A DNA stretch of 18,149 nucleotides from Octopus sinensis. Its lineage: Eukaryota. The DNA lies in contig NW_021824571.1 of the NCBI RefSeq assembly GCF_006345805.1, positions 1 to 18,149 on the forward strand. Direction: 5' to 3'. The translations under genes and the position numbers were made by a program. The notes under the pieces were generated by a model. The model worked only from the letters and a program-made list of their open reading frames with translations. It was not told the DNA's origin and made no database searches. This document shows positions 1 through 8,902 of the stretch, in pieces; within the stretch, counting starts at the first letter, position 1; each line of letters starts with the position of its first letter.

Positions 1-261
1 AATCATCCGAATAAAATATGCTCGCTTGTTCAGGACTGAGTAACAATTTACGTTTCTGAATTAATTTTTTTAACCTTTTTACTTGTAAAACTGTAAAGCC
101 TAATCGAATCAGAACATCTTCTATTTCGAGTGCTTTGTCAACAACGTTGGGTTTTACTATTAGCAGTGTTGAAGAACTTTGAATTGTTCTTGAATCATCC
201 AAAACTGTATCGGATTGAATATTATCCTATACTAGTTCATATTTAGGTTAACCACTGTCAT
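1..261 (-). CDS. NME5: Nucleoside diphosphate kinase homolog 5 (NME5/RSP23-like), 5' part; runs off the window edge
   Basis: Exons 261-253, 226-83 and 55-1, with GT-AG introns 252-227 (26 nt) and 82-56 (27 nt), give MTVDNIQSDTVLDDSRTIQSSSTLLIVKPNVVDKALEIEDVLIRLGFTVLQKRKLLLSPEQASIFYSDD. This follows the NME5 N-terminal pattern TLxIxKPxxVDKxxEIxDxxxRxGFTxxQxRKLxLSPEQxSxFY. Confidence 0.85.
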
Positions 262-405
262 AGTTTATTTGTATCTTGGCAACAATTAATAAATTAAATT
301 TAAAAAATAAATAAATATATTAAAACAAATAATTCTGATTTAAAATTTAGATTTTTAGTTAGAATATCAAAAACAAAACAAATCTCGTTCTTTAATTAAA
401 TATTA

Positions 406-769
406 CTTACTCAAGCACGAATCTCCTTAAATCGGTTCAGACACCTGGAGCAGCTGCCTCAATCGCGGAAAACCTTAAAACCAAAAAATATTCCTTCCTC
501 GGGGACCGCTACAGATTCACCCCTGTTGCGGCTGAGTCATCAGGAGCTGTTGGCCCAGCGACTGCCGAGTTCTTGCGCGAACTCGGAAGAATGCTCGCCA
601 CAAAGAAAAATGATCCTCGTGAAGGAGTATGGCTAAGACAAAGGATCGGAATAGCCATACTCCGAGGGAACTCGCTTTCCATACAGGCAGCGGGCTTCCT
701 CAATTGATTTCTCAAATCAATCTCTTCTCTGAATTTATTAACTGACATTATTAATAATGAATGTTTCCT

Positions 770-801
<32 letters not shown>
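406..801 (+). mobile_element. 5'-truncated CRE-clade (RLE-type) non-LTR retrotransposon: endonuclease C-terminus, 3' UTR and poly(A)
   Basis: The + frame reads ...GAAASIAENLKTKKYSFLGDRYRFTPVAAESSGAVGPATAEFLRELGRMLATKKNDPREGVWLRQRIGIAILRGNSLSI...stop near 707. This matches CRE restriction-like endonuclease motifs AExxKxxKY, FxPxAxExxG and QRxxxAxxRGN. A31 tract at 771-801; direct repeat AATTAAATATTA at 394-405 and 800-811. Confidence 0.9.
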
Positions 802-803
<2 letters not shown>

Positions 804-925
804 AAATATTATATGTTATATCTTTGTTTAATTTTATTAATTAATAAATTAAAATTTGATTAAAATATATTTAATTAATAATGGATGGCGCAATATTTAA
901 ATTCATAATTGTGTAGTGGTTGATC

Positions 926-3900
926 ATGAGTTTGACTAATAAAATATCAAATGGAGTCAAATATGAAAATAAATATAATTTTAACACATATTCTCGTCCC
1001 ATAGAACAACATAAATTAACAAACCAACCATTGACCTTCCAACAATTCGAAATAGACCACTACATTGGTATAATTTAATATCTACAATCAGGCAGTGCAA
1101 ATCCCGCTTATTCCAGTCAAGTCATGGCCGGATCTGTGCCCATAATCCGGCTTTATGGCTTGACTGCTGAGGGGCTGAGCATACTAGTCCATGCCCACGG
1201 ATATTTCCCTTATTTCTATGTACTCGCACCAGAAGGTTTTGAAACTGAAGATTGCTTTATTTTTAAAGTAAAATACATATTTGAAATATGTATAGAATGA
1301 ATTAAACTCAAAAATACTCACCAATTTCAAAAATCTACAGGATCATGATTTTTCTGTTCTCCACGTCAACATTGAATTCAAACAAAGTTTATTTTTTTAT
1401 TTATTTATATTAATTAATTTAATAAATAATTAATTAAGATATATTTGGATATCAATCAAACAAAAATAAAAAATTTATTCGAATTACATTTACCAACATA
1501 AACTACGTCAACGTCGGCAAACGCCTGCTCGAAAATGGATTTGCCTTTGGGGACAAGCAAAGTCATTTCTACCAAATCTTCGAGTCAGACGTGTCTATCG
1601 AGATACGGTTAGACGGCCTCTTATATATAAATAACAGCTTTATGATTGATTTGGACATGACTGGGTGTTGTTGGTGTGAGATTGATTCTCGGTACTTTAC
1701 TCAGAGGGCTCCAAAGGAGTGTATTTCTCGCTGTTCTGTGGAGATTGATGTGGACTATTCACGAATTAAGGCTTATTCGGCTATAGATAGTCAGTGGGAG
1801 GCGATTGCTCCTCTTCGTATTTTGAGTTTCGACATTGAATGTGCTGGAAGAAAAGGTTACCACATTGATTTAGTAGATTTTATATTTTATTATTATATAA
1901 AAATATATTTAGAAAATAATACTTTAAATAATATTATTAAATTACTTATTTTTAGGTATTTTTCCACAGCCTTCCCAAGACCCAGTAATTCAGATTGCAA
2001 ATGTTTTAAAGTCATACAACTCAGATCAGCAGTCAGAAACCAATCTAATATTCACTTTATCAACCTGTGCCCCAATTATAGGAGCGACAGTCATTTCCTT
2101 CCAAACGGAGTCCGATCTCCTCCAAGTTAAGCCTATATTTGTCCATTCCCTCAGAATTGGGCTGATTTTGTGCAGAAATATGACCCAGATGTCATAACGG
2201 GCTACAATATAGAGAACTTTGACATTTACTACCTGCTTTCCAGAGCCGAGGCACTCCGTCTGGCCAGGTTTCCATTCCTCGGAAGGATAAAAGACACAAA
2301 GTATATACAAACAAGTCCATTCTAGAACGGTTGTGAAGGACTCGACCATCCAATCCAAACAAATGGGTCGCCATGATTCCAAATTTATAAATATTGAAGG
2401 AAGAGTGATCCTCGACGTGTATTGGGTGGTCTCAAAGTGGTCAATTTCCAGGTTATTCTACGAGATCACAAACTTCGGTCATACACTCTGAATTCAGTCT
2501 CCTTCCACTTTCTAGGAGAGCAGAAAGATGATGTCAAACACTCGATTATATCAGATTTACAGGCATTATATATTTCTGAGTAAAAGTAGAACGGAGATGA
2601 GCAAACGAGAAGAAGATTGGCCATGTATTGCCTCAAAGATGCCCGTCTGCCCTTAAAGTTGTTGGATAAGCTAATGCTGCTGGTTAACCTCGTCGAAATG
2701 GCCAGAGTGACGGGAATTCCTATTTCGTATATCTCTAAAAGAGGGCAGCAAATCAAAGTTGTGTCTCAACTGCTCAGAAAAGTGTTTTTTGGGTTATTTA
2801 TTGGCAGTGTCGAGCACGTAGCACTCTCATTCCTAATTTGAAGGGCAGTGGAGACGAGGAGTTCACAGGAGCCACAGTTATTGAGCCAGTGAAAGGGTTT
2901 TGGGGGTCTTTTTGTTAATTTAAGTTATTTTAATTACCCAATTGCCACATTGGACTTTACTTCGTTGTATCCTTCGATAATGATAGCTCATAACTTGTGC
3001 TATTCGACTCTTCTTGGGAGTTCATTTGAAGGGTTGTGGGTGTTTTATGTGTGAAGGCTCTCTCTGGTAGACTATGAGGTGTCGCCGACCGGAAATAAGT
3101 TTGTTCGAAGCAATATTCAGAAAGGTCTTCTTCCTGAGATTCTTGAAGATTTGCTAAAAGCTAGAAAAAAGTGTTTTGAGGTCGAAATATGTTTTAGAGC
3201 TAAACTTGAGCTCAAATCAGAGACAGATCCAGTTCGGAGACAAATTCTAGATGGGAGACAACTTGCTTTAAAACTCTCGGCTAATTCTGTCTATGGGTTC
3301 ACTGGGGCACAAAACGGGCGTCTGCCTTGTTTGGAAATATCTCAAGTGTGAACTTTTTTCTATTCAAAATTGCAGAGTGTGACATCTTATGGTCGAGAAA
3401 TGATCGAACAGACTAAAAATGAGATTGAACTTAAATATAATATTCGAAATGGATATGAGTTTGATACTAAGGTTATCTACGGAGATACTGACTCGGTGAT
3501 GTGTCGGTTTGGCTTTCAAGATGTTCAAAGGACCATGGAACTGGGTTTTGAGGCAGCCAAGTATGTCTCCTCCCGATTTCCCCCTCCAATCAATTTGGAA
3601 TTCGAAAAAGTATATTTATTCATATTTTTAAACTAGATTTATTACCCATATCTTCTAATTAGTAAAAAACGTTACGCGGGAGTTGTATTTCCAGCGGGAT
3701 CGTACAGAAAAGACAAGACTGACTATGAATCTGACCAGATTGACTGTAAGGGGATTGAGAATGTGAGAAGAGACAACTGCACGTTGGTGGCAAATCTGAT
3801 CTCTGACTGTCTGAGGATAATTTTAGTGAACAGGTCATTATATATGGTCTGATTGGCAGAGATCCTGAGGAGGCTGTAAATCATGTGAAGAAGACAATTT

Positions 3901-4729
3901 CTGAGTTGTTGAGTAATAAAGTGGATATTTCTCATCTTGTGATATCCAGGGAGCTCACAAGGAATGAGGAAGAATATGCTGGCAAACAAGCTCATGTAGA
4001 ATTGGCAGCTCGGTTTGATTTTGTTATTGATGGTTTAGAATGAAAAAGAGGGACCCTGGGACTGCTCCAAAAATCGGGGACCGTGTTCAGTATGTGATCA
4101 TTGCTGGGACTAAAGGGACAGCAGCATATTTAAAATCAGAGGTTCTGTTTAGTAATGATGGTTAAGGACCCTTTGTATGTACTGGAGAACAATATTCCTA
4201 TCGACACTGATTATTACCTCAACAATCAACTCAAAAAACCAATTTTACGAATTTTTGAGCCAATCTTGGGGGCAAAGACCGAGTCAATCCTTTTTGGTAA
4301 GTTCTATAATTGTGATGGTTAAGCTGGCGAACATGTCAATCAGAAGAAAATTGTGACATCTAAAGTTGGAGGGTTGATGAGCTTCGTAAAGAAGTCGTTT
4401 TCATGTTTAAAGTGTCGTGTCTTAATGAAGGGTCACTTTATGGTTTATTTGGACAGAAGGTAGTCGAGCTCTCTGTGGGAATTGTGAGGATATGAGGAAT
4501 CAGTATTCCGAGAGTTATATCCGCCAGATGAGACAGTTAGAAGAACGGTTTTCTACATTGTGGGTTGAGTGTCAGCGATGTCAGGGGAGTTTTCATGATC
4601 AAGTTATATGTTCAAAGTGGGTTGTTGTTTGTGTGTTTTAGTCGTGATTGTGCTATTTTCTATATGCGAGTTAAGGCTAGAAAAGATTTGAAGGAAGTCT
4701 CTGATATTGTCGATCGTTTTGATTGGTAG
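926..4729 (+). CDS. POLD1: DNA polymerase delta catalytic subunit, complete, 22 exons, about 1048 aa
   Basis: Introns: 1068-1091, 1268-1295, 1387-1438, 1608-1637, 1856-1955, 2126-2154, 2301-2325, 2426-2451, 2563-2589 (GC-AG), 2782-2807, 2897-2924, 3033-3056, 3171-3197, 3346-3375, 3610-3636, 3834-3859, 4013-4038, 4142-4166, 4297-4323, 4432-4456, 4617-4641. Removing them leaves a 3147-nt open frame. It contains FQQFEIDHY, ExoI SFDIEC, Exo[10 protein letters not shown], Exo[40 protein letters not shown], CysA (CLKC..CGNC) and CysB ([18 protein letters not shown]). The start may instead be ATG 881 via an extra GC-AG intron 890-916. Confidence 0.97.
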
Positions 4730-5679
4730 TTTTAAAATCTTTTTTGATATATTTTTTCAATTAATTAGTTTTATATCGAAAATTTTGTCAAAGTGATAGT
4801 TTTGAACTCAATCCATCGTTTTTAAGTTATTTACTATAAATGGGAAGTTATTATATCATTATAAATTAAACAAAACAAAAAAATGTGATTGTGTTTTAAT
4901 ATACATTCTGGAACAAATTCTATATGAAAAAACATAAAGTTAGTCACTAGGGAAATTAAACAAATTAACTGTTTCTTTTGAAAAATTAAAGTTTGTTGGT
5001 ATTGTAATAACTGCCAAAAATTTACAAAATCGTAGATTTTGAATTCGAGGTTGTACTTTTTTGTCAAGAGTCTCTTGAATATTTCGATATGTTTATGAAT
5101 CCATTTGTTAATTCCGCTCTCTAGTGACGCCATCAAATTACAATTTATTAAAAAATAAGCCCGAATAACTTGGATGCTGTTTGGTGAGATGGAGAATGCA
5201 GAACAAGAAAATTAGTTTCAATTATGTTTATGTAAGCAAATTGACCGCCTGAAGCATGTCGAGGTTGAGAAATGCCATAAATACGATCTATTGGCAGGGA
5301 AGTTGTCCTTTCTTTACGACCCTCAAGTGAAAATAATTCTACTAGTTTCTAATTTTTTTAAAAAATACATTGAAAAGTTGGCTATCGAAGACGCAACTCA
5401 GTCTTATATACAATCAATTGTATTGAAGAAAACATTGAAAAGTATGATTGTTGAGCATAGGCATGGGATCAGAATCACTGATGAGGAGATAAATTCACCC
5501 AGTAGTCTCTTAATTGAAGCAAGTCATTCTTACAAAGATAATATGTAGAACTAGCTCAGCAGTTCGCTTCGCTCACTGCGAGCTAGCTCCTGCGGAGGCC
5601 CTGCTCGCTACGCTCGCAGTTTCCTTAAATAAGTATAAATTTATGTAGATATATAAATGCGACCTGCTTTGATATAACC

Positions 5680-5890
5680 TTATTCTAAGGCCTGTGGATA
5701 AACGATGTTTGCAGTCCGTCCATCCTTGGCAAATATAAATAAATTTTCTCTTCTACCTACCCTTGAGCACCCCACATACAGCTGGCCATGTGAAAAGCAC
5801 TCGTTCTCTAAAAATAAGCCTACTATCTTTAAAGACTGTCCCTGGGCCTTGTTTATTGTCATAGCAAAACTTATCTTCAGCGGAAATTGT
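5680..5890 (-). pseudogene. PIF1-like Helitron helicase C-terminal fragment
   Basis: QFPLKISFAMTINKAQGQSLKIVGL...FSHGQLYVGCSRV...NIVYPQALE carries SF1 helicase motifs V and VI. Similarity stops abruptly upstream of LQFP. Confidence 0.92.
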
Positions 5891-6191
5891 AATATTTCTA
5901 CGCGTTTTCGCATAAATGTCTTGTCAATAGATAATCAATTATGTAAATCTTTATTAAAATTTGCTTTTTACTTTTTAATTTAAAGATTAGCATACTTGAG
6001 GTTGTCAGTTTCGGCGATTAAAAAGATAATAAGCCACTTTTTTGAGATATTATAAGGAAAGATTTGAATAAAGGTAAATGTAATTTAGATGACTAATTTG
6101 AATTTTAATTGGCTCTATCTTTTAAGGCATTTAAACATTAGCATTTAGACCTTGTTAAAATGCATAAATTCATTATTAAATTTCTAAATTA

Positions 6192-6305
6192 TTTGACTGG
6201 AAGGGATTATATATTAATTGGTATGCAATTCTATTCAGATTGCCTCTTTTGGCTGGAAGGGATTATATATTAAATTTGCTATGCAATTCTATTCAAATTG
6301 CCTCT
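6192..6305. repeat. About 56-bp tandem duplication inside the Helitron
   Basis: CTGGAAGGGATTATATATTAA...TATGCAATTCTATTCA(G/A)ATTGCCTCT occurs at about 6197-6247 and 6253-6305. Confidence 0.85.
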
Positions 6306-6638
6306 AACATAAACAGGCCTTAAAAGCTTTTTTTAAATTGAACATGTAATTTTGGCGATCGAAAACAGTAATTAGCTTCATCTTTTGTGTATTATAAGGA
6401 AGAAGAGTACAGATAGTCAATCAAGGTGATTTATAAATGGCAATTTGTAATTTAGATGTCTAATATGAACGAATATCATTAAAAAAATATTTTAGAAAAA
6501 TACGTTATTAAATTTTTAAAGTACAAAATTGGTTTTTATTGTTGTTCATTTTTTTTATCTGGTTGCATTGTTTTCATTTGATTTTAAGTTTTGCATTTTT
6601 TTATGTTTTTTGGTATATATAATTTTTTGTGCATTTTT

Positions 6639-7469
6639 AGTCGAGAGGACTTTCTTGTTGTTCATTTTAACAAAAACGCAGAAAATAATTTTGTTTAATT
6701 TTTTGGCTCGAAGGTTTTGGGGGACCACACCATGTGAGTCGAGGACTTTCTTATTGTCATTTTAACAAAAACGCAGAGAAAAAATTGTTTTTAATTTTTT
6801 GACTTGAAGGTTTTGGGGGACCTCATCGTCGAGGATATTCTTTCTTATTAAATTTTTTGACAGGAAGGTTCTTAGAGGATATCAACCTTTTATTGTGCCT
6901 CATTATCGAATAATACAAAAGGGAAGGTTTTGACAATTTGATCTGGTTTGTAACAATTTGAATGTGGGTGTGCCAGCACAGACAGACAGACAGACACCAC
7001 AGACAGACAGACAGAACACACCATACCATTTTATTATTAAGAGCTCGAAGGTTTTGGGGGACCACACCATGTGAGTCGAGGACTTTCTTGTTGTTCATTT
7101 TATCAAAAACGCAGAAAATAATTTTGTTTAATTTTTTGGCTCGAAGGTTTTGGGGGACCACACCATGTGAGTCGAGGACTTTCTTATTGTTCATTTTAAC
7201 AAAAACGCAGAAAATAATTTGTTTTTAATTTTTGACTTGAAGGTTTTGGGGGACCTCATCGTCGAGGATATTCTTTCTTATTAAATTTTTGACAGGAAGG
7301 TTCTTAGAGGATATCAACCTTTTATTGTGCCTCTTATCGAATAACTACAAAAGGGAAGGTTTTGACAATTTGATCTGGTTTGTAACAATTTGAATGTGGG
7401 TGTGCACAGACAGACAGACAGACACACAGACAGACAGACAGACACACACATACCATTTTATTATTAAGA
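6639..7469. repeat. Tandem duplication (about 430 bp) of the Helitron 5' region, each copy containing 96-bp minisatellite units and a (CAGA)n microsatellite
   Basis: 6639-7042 and 7043-7469 are near identical. The unit GCTCGAAGGTTTTGGGGGACCACACCATGTGAGTCGAGGAC starts at 6706, 7043 and 7139, with degenerate copies near 6801 and 7234. (CAGA)n lies at about 6979-7014 and 7407-7443. Confidence 0.93.
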
Positions 7470-7756
7470 TGAGGGAAAAAGAGTCGTAACTAACTTGGAG
7501 ACAGAGGATCAAGAGTGGTGTTGGTTACTTCCTTCTCTAAAAGAAGGAGATTAACCTCCAGCGGAAAACGGTCGGATTAACATCAATTAAATAATATTAA
7601 CTTAATTAATTCAATTCTTATAAATGTACATGTAAGCAAATTAATTTCTTAAAATTTTTTGATTATTTTGATTTTTAGTTTACAAGTGTAACTAAATAAT
7701 TTTGAACAATCAAAAAATTATAAGCAAAAATTATAAAAATTCAAAAAAAACGAAAT

Positions 7757-8902
7757 TTAATTTTTTAAAGATTCCAAAATTTTCAAAATTTCGTAAAATT
7801 CGGGCCTTTAATATTAATATATAAACTACCTTTTGGAATTTTCATATGCACAACAAAATTCTACAAGGTCAAGTAACACGGAAGGATATGCTTGTTTATA
7901 TACATTTCTAAAATATCAACGTTGACTGAAAAATTTTCATTTCTTGGAAGAAAGAACGCAGGGTCGCTGCCAACTCTATTAATTAGCTAAAAAATTTCAA
8001 CATGGTTATTGATACCTCACATAGAATAATTCCAAATGAATAAACATCAGCTTTATAATTGTATTCCATCCCATTTAGTATTTCTGGAGCCATATAGAAT
8101 ACACTTCCCACGACTGAATTCCGACCTTGTGAAGAATCGTAAATATTTTCATAAAACGTTTTGGACAGTCCAAAATCAGCAACAACCACAACTCCGTTCT
8201 TTACATATTTTAATGTACTAATTGTACTTTTTTAATCAGACAATTATCCGATTTCAGATCTCTGTGAATAATATTTTGATTGTTCAAATACTTCTAACAA
8301 ATAGATTACATATGAGTACAAACCATTCCACATGCAATATCGACGATATATCGATCTTACGTTTTAACGTAATGTTTATAGTTGAATTTAGTAACAATTG
8401 TTCCAATGATCCTCCACTGGCATATTCTGTGGAATAAAAACGTATGAAAACCAATCACCATCGAAATATGTTCCAGATCTTTAATTATGCCAAAAAAGAG
8501 CAAAATATTTGGATGTCGTAATTTATTCCAAATTGAGACCTTTTGAGTTATTTAAAATATTTAACCTCTTTGATGGATGAAGAAGTCAAATCGTCTTTCA
8601 GCCATTTTACTTCTTTGATTGCAACTATTTCGTTTGTTTTGAGAATCTTTCCCTATAAAAATAAGATTACGATTAACAAAAACCAAATATACTTTTCCAT
8701 ATTTTCCTTCACCGATAAGCTTGTTATAAAAAATTTCGTTTTTTGCAAAGTAAAAAATATTTTGTGAGATACTTGTTCTGTGTAGCTTTTTATCTATAAT
8801 CAGATCGTTCGTACTCCATTTTTTTCTAAATTTAAATACATTATTTTTACTTTTTATTCCACATTTCTTATTATTGTGAAATGATATGTTTAAATGACAC
8901 AA
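7757..8902 (-). CDS. LIMK/TESK-like (TKL group) protein kinase; two apparent 1-nt frameshifts, start unresolved
   Basis: Introns 8683-8653, 8565-8540, 8451-8427, 8323-8294, 8227-8199, 8015-7987 and 7829-7806 (24-31 nt, GT-AG) join IGEGKYGKVY, VAIK, LRHPNIL, EYASGGSL, IIHRDLKSDNCLIK, VVVADFGLS, VVGSVFYMAPEIL, KADVYSFGIILCE, DPAFFLPRNENFSVNV and KRPEF. The NCL, GIILCE and DPxxLPRxxxFxxNV features point to LIMK/TESK. Frame breaks lie near 8345 and 7911. Confidence 0.82.

Larger units (their letters stand above)
5551..7469 (-). mobile_element. Non-autonomous Helitron (about 1.9 kb) with helicase C-terminal remnant
   Basis: On the minus strand the element starts A|TCTTAATAATAAAATGG followed by a (TGTC)n tract at 7469. 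It ends in GC-rich hairpins and CTAG|T at 5551. That is an A^T insertion with no TSD. The 3' 340 bp is homologous to the Helitron end at about 16905-17226. Confidence 0.88.

Noticed and set aside
509-772. 87-aa minus-strand ORF, and similar ORFs at 2026-2382, 2466-2756, 3723-3995, 5705-5983, 14104-14478 and 16849-17091
   Set aside because: Antisense shadows of the real coding or transposon frames.
1944-1958. 15-mer ACTTATTTTTAGGTA shared with 17737-17751
   Set aside because: Explained by a similar AT-rich acceptor context; too short and low in complexity to imply common origin.
926-4729. Stop-codon reassignment or frameshifting to explain the fragmented polymerase ORFs
   Set aside because: Every break is resolved by a short GT/GC-AG intron under the standard code.
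4834-5136. 100-aa minus-strand ORF downstream of POLD1
   Set aside because: Low-complexity F/I/L/K composition typical of AT-rich spacer; no motif or convincing splice structure.
5450-5495. EHRHGIRITDEEI resembles the ClpB/Hsp104 HHxVxIxD motif
   Set aside because: The flanks lack any AAA+ motif; likely chance.
6529-7228. ORFs with repeated peptides (RRFWGTTPCESRTFLL)
   Set aside because: Translations of the 96-bp non-coding repeat and the microsatellite.
6639-7300. Regularly spaced GGTTTTGGGGGACC repeats as a CRISPR-like array
   Set aside because: The intervening sequence is also repeated (no unique spacers), the context is eukaryotic and there are no cas genes. It is a Helitron minisatellite.
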